This document shows positions 31,101 through 43,545 of a DNA stretch of 64,000 nucleotides, piece by piece. The DNA is from Eledone cirrhosa (taxonomy: Eukaryota), in contig OZ024754.1 in NCBI GenBank assembly GCA_964016885.1, forward strand, positions 36,642,001-36,706,000. Reading direction: 5' to 3'. The position numbers and the translations under genes are program-made. The notes below the pieces were generated by a model. The model saw nothing but the letters and a program-made list of their open reading frames with translations. It made no database searches and had not been told where the DNA came from. The first letter of the stretch is position 1, and every line of letters starts with the position of its first letter.

Positions 31101-31510
31101 TCGTGCCACATATGAGGCTGTGTCCCCATTAGTGCTTTGGAAACCACAAGCAGTCACTAATAAAAGGGGGCACAAGCTCTCCTATCCCAATTTGCTGGCC
31201 ACTGCCATCATGCTACCTATGAGGCTGTGTCCCCATCAGTGCTTTGGAAACCACAAGCAGTCACTAATAAAAGGGGGCACAAGCTCTCCTATCCCAATTT
31301 GCTGGCCACTGCCATCGTGCCACATATGCGGCTGTGTCCCCATTAGTGCTTTGGAAACCACAAGCAGTCACTAATAAAAGGGGGCGCAAGTTTTCCTATC
31401 CCGATGTCATCTCCAGAGATTCTGGTATTGAAATCCAGGATTTGACAACGGCAATGAACGACAGACCCACGTGGAGATCAATTGTTGAGTCGATTTCGGC
31501 TGAGGCCGCC

Positions 31511-31546
<36 letters not shown>
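28185..31546 (+). mobile_element. 5'-truncated RTE-clade LINE 3' end with (TGA)n tail, containing an internal tandem array
   Basis: With the array collapsed it reads LLQRLQNISCRHLTLKEIYASFPLISVVVRKRRVRFAGHCHR...VLWKP...RGRKFSYPDVISRDSGIEIQDLTTAMNDRPTWRSIV...*, a typical RTE C-terminus. Confidence 0.85.
28289..31403 (+). repeat. 29-copy 107/108-bp tandem array derived from RTE coding sequence
   Basis: Units start at 28289, 28396, 28503 ... 31297. The 12 units starting 28503-29691 carry one extra C (108 bp). Confidence 0.97.
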
Positions 31547-31876
31547 GCAAATGGAGCGAAGAAAGCTCCCTCAAGCAAATGTTTCGGTCCAGAAATAAAA
31601 GTCCGGTAAGGCAACGTGGTCTGGTAAGACAACATAAAGGAAAATGTTCCTTTCTCGGAAGAAAAGTGGGGGAAAAGTTAAACAATTACTTTGAATGCAA
31701 GAATGAGTAATAAACAAAAAGGTGGAAGAATAAATGTAGAGGAAAAAAAACAAGTGTGGAGCTCTTCTTTGAAACTTCATCAGTTGAAATATTCGGGATT
31801 ATCAATTTTGTATTTCGATTTAGCATATGCTTCATCAGACATAGGGAAGGGTTATTATCTGTATATAAAAAAACAT

Positions 31877-31916
<40 letters not shown>

Positions 31917-31955
31917 CACGTGCTGTTGAAATGTTGGGTAAATATTCTATGGCGG

Positions 31956-32344
31956 TCGGCCGCGAAGAGATTGCTGTCGTTTATTTATCTAATATTTCTT
32001 CATAGGTGCCTTTTAATCTTATGGCCTGGTCTAATTGATTTTTTATGTGGTTGATTATGCTAATTGGGAGAGGAAATGGTGTATATATATTATCAAATGA
32101 TTCTTTGGACATACTTTATAGTATATAGAGGAAATGGTGTATATATATTATCAAATGATTCTTTGGACATACTTTATAGTATATAAAGTATGTCCAAAGA
32201 ATCATTTGATAATATATATACACCATTTCCTCTCCCAATTAGCATAATCAACCACATAAAAAATCAATTAGACCAGGCCATAAGATTAAAAGGCACCTAT
32301 GAAGAAATATTAGATAAATAAACGACAGCAATCTCTTCGCGGCC

Positions 32345-32346
<2 letters not shown>
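31956..32346. repeat. Long palindrome (~165-bp arms) with an internal 58-bp direct duplication, between TA tracts
   Basis: tcggccgcgaagagattgc... pairs with ...gcaatctcttcgcggccga. agaggaaatggtg occurs at 32069 and 32127. Confidence 0.93.
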
Positions 32347-32425
<79 letters not shown>

Positions 32426-32547
32426 TCAGGACCTAGGTGTCGAAACAGGCGGAGCTCAGCCGTCGGGGTGGGTCATGAATCTTTTCATATTACCCACTCT
32501 ACTACCCCAAGTATCGAGTACTCTGGTGGGTTATGGTCCACCTGGAT

Positions 32548-32667
32548 ACAACAAAGCAAACAATACAGTACAATGAAGATGGCAGCGATGATGAGGAACA
32601 GAGTCCACTGGAGAGAACTCGTCCATGGATCTTGGGAGTTTTACCCGCCCTAGATAGATAGATAAAT
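32548..32667 (+). mobile_element. Extreme 3' end of an RTE-like LINE with (TAGA)n tail
   Basis: Translates MKMAAMMRNRVHWRELVHGSWEFYPP*, with the M.xR..WR.LV motif. The tail is split by the Tx1 insertion. Confidence 0.65.
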
Positions 32668-32896
32668 TTCTATTTATTTGCCACGAGGGCACAAAAGAAG
32701 GGGACATTTACACAGTGGGGGAGTTTACATAAATCGAGTAAAGAAAAAAGGAATAACAATAATAATATAACAATAAAAAGTCCTCAAAAGGGAGGGGGCG
32801 TGTTGGGGATTGCACATACCCCCGAAAAGTGTGCAACTCTTTTCGCGGGGGAAGCCCAGAGAGGAGGCGCTCCCCCTTTCCTCTTCACTTCTTCAC

Positions 32897-35800
32897 CTAC
32901 AGAACAATGTAGAGAGAAGGCCCATTTACACGGGCCATTCTCGCTTCTTTCACCCACCTTTCATAAAACTGTCTGGGACCAAGCACTTCTCTCTCCATCC
33001 TGATTCTTCTTCCGAAGTGGTATCGGAAGAAGTAAACCAGGTGATGGCCGGAGAGAGAGTCACCCGACCTCAGACCTTTCAGGCGCGTCCACCACACAAC
33101 CTCTTTCATCATGGCTATTACGCACAGAAAGACCGCCTCTGCTTCATTTCTGAAGGGAGGAGGCGGCTTGATGTTCACCACAGACTCGGCGGTTAATCGA
33201 ATCGGCGCCACACGCGACAGCAGTCGTTCGACGTAGCCCCACAGATCGGCAACGCCCGGGCAGTGTACCAGTTCATGCGCAACGGTTTCCTCGTCGCGCA
33301 CGCATCTGGGACAGATCTTTTTCGCGGGATCCCTGCCCGGGCGCCCGTGTCTGTAGAGCTTTTCTCGAACGGGCAGAGCCCCCCGGTAACACTGCCAGGC
33401 TAGGGACCTCTGGAAGTTGTCCATGGGTCCCGGGCCGAAAGTTCTACCGAACAGGCTGGCCGGTTCGTCCTCCTCCATGCCTAGCGACTCTCCAAGGGTG
33501 TCGTCGCCCCTGCTAGCCACCAACCCTCTATAGAATGTCGAGGTGGATTCTCCACTGACAGTCGGGTCCGCTTGCCAGATAGCCGTGAGCGCCTGGGCAC
33601 ACTCAGTGTGCCAGTTGCCCAGTTTTCTCGGTCTTTGCTTCACCCAGGATTGCAGTTCGGTGAGCGAGACGAGCTGTGGGAAGGCTCGCCTCACAAACGG
33701 GGCCCACACCGGCTGACCGTTGAGGAATACCTGTAGATGCCGTAGCCTCAATGCGTGCCTACGCATCAACAGCCACGGCATACCCAGCCCTCCTTTCGAA
33801 GGGTGCTGGCAGCAGATGGATCTCCTCACCATGGGAGGCCGCTTCTTCCAGAGGAACTGGAAGAGTATGCGTTCCATGATGGTGAGCTTTTCCTTGGGGC
33901 AAGGCACGACGGTCAGGCGGTAGTAGATGACGGACGCTATGTAAGCGTTCGTCACCTCCGCCCGACCTTTCAGTGATAGTTTGCACTTGGCCCACTTCTG
34001 GGTCAGCGCAAACACCCTGCTCGTCACCTCGCCCCAATTCTTCTCCACCTGGAGGTCCGGTCCGAACCAGACCCCGAGCAGCTTCACCGGGCCCTCCGTC
34101 CACCGCCCGACGACACCGTCTAACGGCATCGGTTTGCCCCTCCACGTTCCGAGTTGCAAACCGACTGACTTGTCCTGGTTCAGCTTAGCCCCCGTCAGCC
34201 TTTCGTATTCCTCCAGTAGGGTGGCGATCGCCCCGATTTCCGAGGCGTCCGCCACCATTACTGTTACGTCGTCGGCATAGGCCGAGACCGCTTTGTGCAA
34301 TCCCGGTTCCAGGGGTATGCCCCGCAGCAACTCCAACTTCCGCAGCAGTGGCTCGAGAGTCAATACGTACAGAAGGGAGGAGAGGGGGCACCCCTGTCTG
34401 ATGGATCGGGTGATTTGAAACGGCTCCGAGAGGTAGCCGTTTACTTTAATCCTAGAGTAGATGTTGCCACTGTGCATGGCAGAAATCCAGCCCCTGAAAA
34501 CGGGTCCGAAGCCCGCCGCCGCTAGCACCGCATCCAGGTAACCATGGTCGACCCTATCGAACGCCTTAGATTGATCCAAGTTGATCAGGGCCCCACCAAA
34601 GCCGGGTTCGTAGCCAACCCTCTCTATGATGTATCGCATGAGGTGGAGGTTGTCGTGAATGGACCTGGACGGGATAGCGCATGTCTGCGCGTTTCCCACC
34701 AAACCACCCACCACAAGCGCCAACCTCTTCGCCAACACCTTGGCCAAAATCTGTAACTCTGCATTCAGCAGAGTTATGGGCCTAAAGTTACTTAAGTCGT
34801 CCCCCTTGCTCTCGTCCTTCCTCACTAGCGTGACCACGCCCTTGGTCACAGAACAGGGAATTCTCCCGTTCTGTTGCCAGTTGCAATAGACAGCCTCGAG
34901 GAGTTCGGAGAACAAGACCGGCATAGCTAAATAAAGTTCGTATGGTAGACCATCGAGACCCGGGGATTTGCGTCTGCTGCATTGGCTGAGCGCTTCCCCG
35001 ATTTCAGTGGCTGTGATTGGCCTTTCGCAGCACTCCGCTTCGCCGCTCGAAAGACGCGGTAGACCGTCGAGGTATGGACGGAAGTCCACATCCCCGTCCG
35101 GCCCCCCGCCACCTCCGAACAGTCGAGCAAAGTGCCTTTGAAAGGTCTCGCACATTCGCTCAGGTTCAAGGATCACCCGTCCATCCTGGTCTCGCAAAGA
35201 CCGAATGGTGGATTTAATCCCACTCTTGGCTTCTGTCACGCGGGCCCAGCTAACAGCTTTGGTCCCCTCGTTTCCTAAAGCACGTATTTTACTTCGGACA
35301 ACGCAGCCTTCGTGCTTCGCGTCAAAGAACTGGCTCAATGCCGTTCTCGTCGCTAACACTCTGGCTACGTCTCCGCTCCTAATCGCCTCTTCTAGTTTAT
35401 CTGTTAACTCCCTTTCCCTCCTATTTCTATTCGCCGCTAGTTCCTTACTGTAACCTATCGAACTTACTCTAATCTCTCTCTTTAGAGATATCCACCACCT
35501 ACTATTGACGATCGCTCCCGTCAACCGCATCTTAACTAAGCTACTAATCCGGTTTCTGTAATCTTTCTTTGTCGGTAAGGACAAGTTCATCTTCCAGTAA
35601 CCGGGACCCTGTCTATGCGTTCTATCAAGGTTGACCACGCAGGTCACTAATTTGTGATCTGAATAGCCAACCATGATCAGTTCTGGACAACTAAATACGT
35701 CCCTATCCTTACTCCTAACCAAAAACCTATCTAGGTACGATCTAGATTGTCCACTGCGGTTTGCCCAGGTCCAGGTTGGCGCAGTTGGACAATCTAGTCG

Positions 35801-36332
35801 AAATCTATCGACCAGGTCGAATCGATCGAGTAACCCCTTGAGGCTGCTACACCCCCCTCTATCGGGACATGCCCCTGCATAGTCCCAACGCGCATCTAGG
35901 ATTCCATTCCAGTCCCCCACTAAAAGCAGGGAACGCGACGTTCCTAGAAAAGTCTCCAGACGTTGGAAGAAGTCGGCTCTTTCCGCCCCGAAGGGAGCAT
36001 AAAGACCGACCAGTCTGAAAGCCCCGCCTTCACCGCCTCCGACGTCCAGCACCAGTAATCGACCCCCCGGGTCCGAGTGAACAATCTGTACGTCGAGAGT
36101 CAGACGTTTATCCAGCAGTACGGCAACTCCCCCCCCCCCCCCCGCCTCCGGGTTGACAGAGAGATGCGTGCATCTCAAAGTCATCGAAGGCGGGCGCCAG
36201 CTGTCTCACGCTGCTGATCCGACTCTCGCAAACAACCATCACATCTATACTTTGTGACCTGAGGTCACTTAGAAGCTTTGCTTGCTTCCAAGCTGAGCCC
36301 AGGCCACGCGCGTTCAAACAGCCAACTCTCAA
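32897..36332 (-). CDS. LINE ORF2: APE endonuclease, reverse transcriptase and C-terminal zinc finger (one frameshift in the C15 run at 36129-36143)
   Basis: APE motifs: CLNARGL, VCES, GGVAVL, VGDWNG, YLDRFL, SDHK. RT motifs: KSPGLDG, FRPITLLN, DQSKAFDRV, RQGCPLS, AYADD. Zinc finger: CPRC...ETVAHELVHC. Joins track ORFs 36108-36332 and 32897-36184. Confidence 0.95.
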
Positions 36333-36337
36333 TTGAT

Positions 36338-38176
36338 CTATTTTGGTGTTGAAAGTGAAGAAAGAAAAGCACTTACCTCTCCGGGTTGCGTAATTTCCAT
36401 GGCATCAGGTGTGTTGGGTGGAGGGATGTTTTGTGGTGGTGTGGGGGTACACGTGTGTGGTGGGGTTGGGGTATTTGGAGTTGTGTCAGGGAGAGGGGCG
36501 GTTATGGGGAAATCTTTCAAGAGGACGCGATTCAACGGTTTTAAACAGGGGGGGGGGCTCACGTCCCGTCTAAATTGTTCTTTTAAGGAACGATAAAGGT
36601 CCAGAGGGACCTTTATCATTTTTAAATGGGTGAAGTTCTCTGTTGAGATAAAGTTTGGCCCTTCGGTCTGCACCATAGGGTTATTGTTTATTAATTTAAC
36701 CAGTTTTTTGTTTTCTTTATTTATATATGTGTATTGCAACGTCTTTTTTTGTGATGCTGTCAATGTTTCGGAGAGGGGAGGCGCAGATTTATTTTTGTTT
36801 GTTGAGGGTGGGGTGTTTTTGATTGGAGTTGGTGTTTGTGTGTGGGTTATTTGTGGTGTGCTGGGTGTGTGTTTTCTTTTTTTTCTTTTAACTTGTCTGA
36901 AGGCTTCTCCTCCTTCTTCTTCAGAAGTTGGGGGAAACTCTTCAGCGCTAGGTGGGAGGGACGTGTTGTGTGGTTGTTTTTTTTTTGCGGGAGGGGTAGA
37001 TTTGTTACTGTTTTTTTTATTATTTGTTTGGAATGGGTTTTGTGGTGGTGGTGGTGGTAATGTTTGTGTCGTGCTTGTGGTTGGTGATGGTGGTGGTGAT
37101 GTTTGTGTTGTGGTTGGTGGTGGTGATTTTTGTGTCGTGCTTGTGTTTGGTGCTGGTGGTGGTGATGTTTGTGTTGTGTTTGTGGTTGGTGGTGTCTGTA
37201 TTTTGTTTGCTGTGTGTGGTATTAGTGTATTTTTGGAGGTGGGTGGTGCTGGTGTACTGTTTGTGGTGGGTGTGGGCAATAGTCCTTTTTGGGGGATACG
37301 TTTCGGGCAGTTAGCCTTAACGTGTCCCCTTTCCATGCATAAATAGCATGCTGGTCTTCTCCCCTCTACAATTATGTCTATTGGGGTAAGGTCATCCAGC
37401 CAGATGCGATCCGGGATTTGTGCTATTCTTTCGGGCCTCATTTGGACTAGTATGTCGAGGCCCATTCCCAGGAACGCATCTCCAGTTGCCTTCCCCATTG
37501 ACAGCATAGTGTCTTCGCCCATATCAATGAAGCCAGCAATAGCCCACCAGAAGTCCATTGTGGGCAGCATTGTTTTTACTTTTACTCTCTGTGTTCTTCT
37601 ACCCATGTAGGAGGGATAGAAGCTATATGTTGTCGACGAGAGTGGGCTTAGGGAAAGCTTCTCCGCCGTTTCTTTGTCTCTTGTTAGGACCGAAATGCTG
37701 CCATAGAGTCGGTCCTTTCGTATGAAGAGAATATTCTTCATATAGTCTTTTAGGACTAACTCTATTTCCATTTGGCTGGGCTGTGCTGGCTTTCTTGTCT
37801 GGTTCAGTATAGTTCTGTATAGAACTGTGTTTTCTGCTCTGGCTTTCTTGAATTCTGGGGGGGAGTTAATGGAAAACATTCCGTTCTCCCCCAAAACAAT
37901 GTGTTTCTTTGCTTCGGCCAGTTTTTCTCTGGCGGCAGTTAGGTCAATTGGTGTGTATGTAATGGATTGTTTTGTTTTCTGGGCGAAAGTTGCCCTGTCG
38001 TTATTTGTATTATTTTCTGTTTGTTTGTTTTCTGTTTGCTCATTTTCCTTAACATTTGTTTTTTCATTTTGTTTGTTTGTTTCAATGTCTAATTTTGTTG
38101 TAATTATTTTTTGTTCTTCAGACTTGGGGGGCGTGGCAGAGCTAATGGCAGACATGTCTGCCATCTTTTCCGCCAT
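36338..38176 (-). CDS. LINE ORF1: nucleic-acid-binding protein with CCHC zinc knuckle and Pro/Thr-rich repeats
   Basis: CYLCMERGHVKANC knuckle preceded by VEGRRPA, basic KRKKRK, first ATG at 38176. It lies directly upstream of ORF2. Confidence 0.9.
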   Translation of the reverse strand: MAEKMADMSAISSATPPKSEEQKIITTKLDIETNKQNEKTNVKENEQTENKQTENNTNNDRATFAQKTKQSITYTPIDLTAAREKLAEAKKHIVLGENGMFSINSPPEFKKARAENTVLYRTILNQTRKPAQPSQMEIELVLKDYMKNILFIRKDRLYGSISVLTRDKETAEKLSLSPLSSTTYSFYPSYMGRRTQRVKVKTMLPTMDFWWAIAGFIDMGEDTMLSMGKATGDAFLGMGLDILVQMRPERIAQIPDRIWLDDLTPIDIIVEGRRPACYLCMERGHVKANCPKRIPQKGLLPTPTTNSTPAPPTSKNTLIPHTANKIQTPPTTNTTQTSPPPAPNTSTTQKSPPPTTTQTSPPPSPTTSTTQTLPPPPPQNPFQTNNKKNSNKSTPPAKKKQPHNTSLPPSAEEFPPTSEEEGGEAFRQVKRKKRKHTPSTPQITHTQTPTPIKNTPPSTNKNKSAPPLSETLTASQKKTLQYTYINKENKKLVKLINNNPMVQTEGPNFISTENFTHLKMIKVPLDLYRSLKEQFRRDVSPPPCLKPLNRVLLKDFPITAPLPDTTPNTPTPPHTCTPTPPQNIPPPNTPDAMEITQPGEVSAFLSSLSTPK

Positions 38177-38754
38177 GCTGCCAAGAAAGAAATTTTTCGG
38201 CAAAATAGATATTTATTTTACCCCCTAAAAAGGGGGTAAATGCAAAAATGTTTCCCTAAATAACAGGGGTTAGTGTTCCAAATGTGTTGCACTAAAAAAT
38301 TTATCCGGTACTTACAATAGTAAGGGTAAATCCCGATGGAATAGCGGAGCCGATGCGAAGCGTGTCTTACTCTATCAAGATAGATAGATAAATAGATAGA
38401 TAGATAGATAGATAGATTGTGATATGAACTACATATAGCAGCATTGAATATCAGTTTAGGAAGTTAAAATGAAATTTATGGGAAACAGCTGGAACTCACG
38501 TTATCAAGACTAATGTATTTGCAAATAAATGTAAGTAAAGTATCGCCTTAAGGTTTTTTCTCTTTTTTTTTGCCTTCTGTTTAAATGTTCTTTCTCTCTC
38601 CTTTTTTCCTTCCCCATCAACTTAAGAAAGTTATTGACGCGCTGGGGATATACATATTGTCTTTAATGCGTTGAAATGTCCGAGACGTCCAGCAGACAAC
38701 TGAAGAGGAGATCTGTCCCTTATTTGTGCTTTCCTTTTATTTCTCTCTCTCTGT

Positions 38755-38823
<69 letters not shown>

Positions 38824-38881
38824 CATTTTCCTCTCTACTATTTGTTTATATATATAAAATATTATATATATGTGTGTGTGC

Positions 38882-38928
<47 letters not shown>

Positions 38929-39055
38929 AAATAGTAGAGAGGAAAAAGATTTTTTTCGGTAGAAAATGCTGAAGGGATTCTTTCAGTATAATATCAAAAC
39001 ATACATTTATTTATTTTCTACATTCCATATATATATGTATCTATCTATCTATCTA

Positions 39056-39283
<228 letters not shown>

Positions 39284-39379
39284 CCCACTCTCAAGTGTGA
39301 ACCTAATACTAACACTTTGTACTGCACTCTTCGTTATTGATTTTGTTTTCTGTTTTAACTTATATATATATATTTAACT

Positions 39380-39529
<150 letters not shown>

Positions 39530-40344
39530 CATACATACATACATACATACATACATTCATACATACATACATACATACATACAAACATACATACATACAT
39601 ACATACATACATACGTACCTACATACGTACATACATACATACATACATACATACATACATACATACATACATACATACATACGTACCTACATACGTACAT
39701 ACATACATACATACATACATACATACATACATACATACATACAGACATACATACAGACATACATACATACATACATACATACATACGTACCTACATACGT
39801 ACATACATGATGGCTGCCCCCTCGTTATCGAGTATGGCCATTGCACAAGAAAAAAAAATAAATAAAATAAAATAAATAAAATAAAATAAAATAAAATAAA
39901 ATAATAATAATAATAATAAATAAATAAATTTAAAAAAAAAAGAAATATATATATATATATATACATACATAGATATATACATACACACATACATACACAT
40001 ACACACACACATATACATACACACACACATACATTAATAACGTACATACATACATACATACATACATACATACATACATACATACATACATACATACATA
40101 CATACATACATACATACATACATACATACATACATACATGCACTCTGTTTTGTTTATGGAGCAGTTTATTTCTATAGCTAGAAATAATTAATTACATATA
40201 TATTCTTTCTTTTTAAAGCAAAATTATCTTTTATATACAGGCGGAACAAAAGGAAACAAAAAAATACGAGAGAATTGAATAGTGAAAGCTATGTAGCTTG
40301 TTAACCCTTTTCAATTATATTTGGAAACTTAAACTATAAATAAA

Positions 40345-40800
40345 TAATTAGATATATATATATATAAATAAATCTATATATATGTATCTATATAAATTTA
40401 TATATATATATGTATAAATAATTATATATATATATAAATAAATCTATATATATGTATCTATATAAATTTATATATATATATGTATAAATAATTATATATA
40501 TATATAAATAAATCTATATATATGTATCTATATAAATTTATATATATATATGTATAAATAATTATATATATATATAAATAAATCTATATATATGTATCTA
40601 TATAAATTTATATATATATGTATAAATAATTAGATATATATATATAAATAAATCTATATATATATGTATCTATATAAATTTATATATATATATGTATAAA
40701 TAATTAGATATATATATATAAATAAATCTATATATATGTATCTATATAAATATATATATATATATATGTATAAATAATCAGATATATATATAAATAAATC
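40345..40800. repeat. ~66-bp AT-rich minisatellite
   Basis: ataaataatta...aaataaatctatatatatgtatctatataaattt repeats about 7 times. Confidence 0.88.
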
Positions 40801-40938
40801 ATTCTTTTTCCTTCTTTACTTAGAAAAAGATTGCAGCAAAAACGATAACTTAAACTGTTCCAGTTTTTACTTTCTGTTGATATTTATTTGTTTTATATTT
40901 AGTTTTATAATGTATGTATGTATATATATATATATGTT

Positions 40939-40969
<31 letters not shown>

Positions 40970-41028
40970 GTGTATGTGTGTGTGTATACATACATGCATA
41001 TATATATATATATATATACATACATATA

Positions 41029-41098
<70 letters not shown>

Positions 41099-41258
41099 AT
41101 TATTTAAACAAATATTATTATTTAAAACAATTATTATTATTTATATATATATATATTTATTTATATATATACATATATATATACATATATAACTATTTAT
41201 ATACAGAATAAAACTAAATAAATAAATATATATATATATTTGTATATATATATATATA

Positions 41259-41287
<29 letters not shown>

Positions 41288-41289
<2 letters not shown>

Positions 41290-41872
41290 GGTGGCTGCCA
41301 ACTCGTTTTCGAGTACGGCCACTACTTTATATCCATGTAGGAGAACCCCTACCGATGCGCTGAACGAGTGTGACTTTTTAGTCCAGCCAGCGACTTGAAA
41401 ACTCTGGTACAAACACTACACTTGTGACAATTACTGACACATAGTGCTGGGCCCATGGTACCATGTGACGACAAGTGCAGAGAGATCTCCAGATATAAAG
41501 CAATGCCTGTGCCGTGAAGCTTTTATAGTGAGCAAAGGCACTGCACAAAGCCAGTCCCACTCTCTTAACCAAGATGATATTTACCAAAAAGAAGAACAAG
41601 TCAACATCATTGGATACCATCAGAGTTGCAGGTGTTATATCAGAGTTTTCCTTCTCCTAGAATTCTGCCTTGACAAAGGCTAAGGGGTCATCTCTCCCGG
41701 TGATTTTGGATGGCCATTGACTCTTAAGAGCTCCTTTGCCCTTTGACAGGTTTTGTTTTTAGTCCTGCAGGATGTCCAAAGTCACCCTCCTCACCAAGAA
41801 ACCTTGGTGGGGTTGCCAGTTTAGTCGCCAACGACCCGACCATGGGACAGGTTGTACTGGGATACATATATA
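41288..41872. mobile_element. Unclassified ~580-bp interspersed element between TA tracts
   Basis: A block richer in GC than its flanks. Its left end (atggtggctgccaactcgttttcgagtacggcca) matches 39807-39845. Confidence 0.55.
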
Positions 41873-41879
41873 TATACAT

Positions 41880-41984
<105 letters not shown>

Positions 41985-42146
41985 TATATATAACTATAAA
42001 TATATATATACATATATATATATTGATATATTTGGGGGAGGTCATGTTAACAATATTATCAATAGAAAGAAACACACGCACCATATAATTTTCACTTTAT
42101 CTTTATTGTTCGTTATATATTATATAAATAGATAAATAAATAAATA

Positions 42147-42197
<51 letters not shown>

Positions 42198-42203
42198 GAA
42201 AAC

Positions 42204-42244
<41 letters not shown>

Positions 42245-42630
42245 CCTTTTTAAAAAAGACAAATTTTGAAAGATACATAAATTAAAATAGAGACAAAGTA
42301 AATTTATGAAACCATAAAATAAAAATAAAAGGAAAATTAAAACTATTTATTTTAAAATAAATACAATGACAATATTGAAATATAAATAAAATGAGATCAA
42401 AACCGCCATTGCTGAGAAAATAACAATTTAACGACATTTTCACATCTCGCTTAAAAAACATTGAGGAGACGAAACGAACAATATATAGAACCTTGATGAA
42501 ATGTGGTGAACTAGAAAAATATGTGAAAGGTTATTTATTCAGTATGACCCTGTTTAAAATATATATGTATATATGTATATATGTATATATGTATGTGTGT
42601 GTATATATATGTGTATATATATATATATAT

Positions 42631-42679
<49 letters not shown>

Positions 42680-42692
42680 ATGTATATATATA

Positions 42693-42756
<64 letters not shown>

Positions 42757-42878
42757 TATATATATTCTATTCTATTCTATTCTATTATATTATTTAATTA
42801 TGTTCATACAACGATATTTTACTGCACACACACATACATACACACACACATATATATATATATATATGTATGTGAGTA

Positions 42879-42919
<41 letters not shown>

Positions 42920-43003
42920 TTCATGAATAGATAAGACACACACAGAGTTACAAAAACATACATACGTTTATATGTGTGTGTGTGTTTGTGTGTCCCGTGT
43001 TTG

Positions 43004-43071
<68 letters not shown>

Positions 43072-43221
43072 CGTATAGAAGATTAAAATTAATTTAAACT
43101 GCCTTTGATATGAGCTGAATAAGTAATACTAACCTATTCTTATGATGTATAGCTTTAACAAACAAATTGAAGAGATAAGCAATAAACAATAGATCGGCTG
43201 ATCTGAATTTTCGGATGACAA

Positions 43222-43490
43222 ATAAACGGGAGGACAACTGGAAGAGGGCGCTGGGCGCTAGCTCTAGGGGTCAGGGTGACCGAGGTTTCTGTGGGCTTTC
43301 TCTACGAGTAATCTTTGGAATTGCCTCATCTTTGGGGAATTTTTTTATGTTTGGGTTTTGTAAAATATTTATTTTCTTAATCTCTGTTATAAATTTTATT
43401 CTACACAAAAAAAGACCCCCACAATGTATCGTCCTGTACTGTCTTTAATGTCTCCTTAATGTGAGCCCTTTGTGGCTGATAAAGAAAGTA
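43222..43490 (+). mobile_element. 3' UTR remnant of a Tx1-related LINE
   Basis: The end aatgtctccttaatgtgagccctttgtggctgataaagaaa resembles the full element's aatgtccccttcttttgtgccctcgtggcaaataaatagaaa. Confidence 0.55.
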
Positions 43491-43545
43491 TTTGTAGTAT
43501 TATTATTACCATTTACTATTAATATTATTATTAAGGGAGAAAAGG

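Larger units (their letters stand above)
32668..38377 (-). mobile_element. Full-length L1/Tx1-type non-LTR retrotransposon with 16-bp TSD
   Basis: Two ORFs, a 3' AAATAAATAGAAA end, and AGATAGATAGATAAAT duplicated at 32652-32667 and 38378-38393. Confidence 0.93.

Noticed and set aside
31795-31842. Minus-strand CTGATGA...GAAA
   Set aside because: No stem III, cleavage triplet or stem I pairing; likely chance.
36338-36376. GTAAGT...TAG mini-intron fusing LINE ORF1 to ORF2
   Set aside because: Removing these 39 nt keeps the ORF1 frame and hits TGA two codons later. Nearby AG acceptors are also out of frame with ORF2.
36630-38228. Plus-strand ORFs overlapping the LINE
   Set aside because: Antisense shadows of ORF1 with no recognisable motifs.
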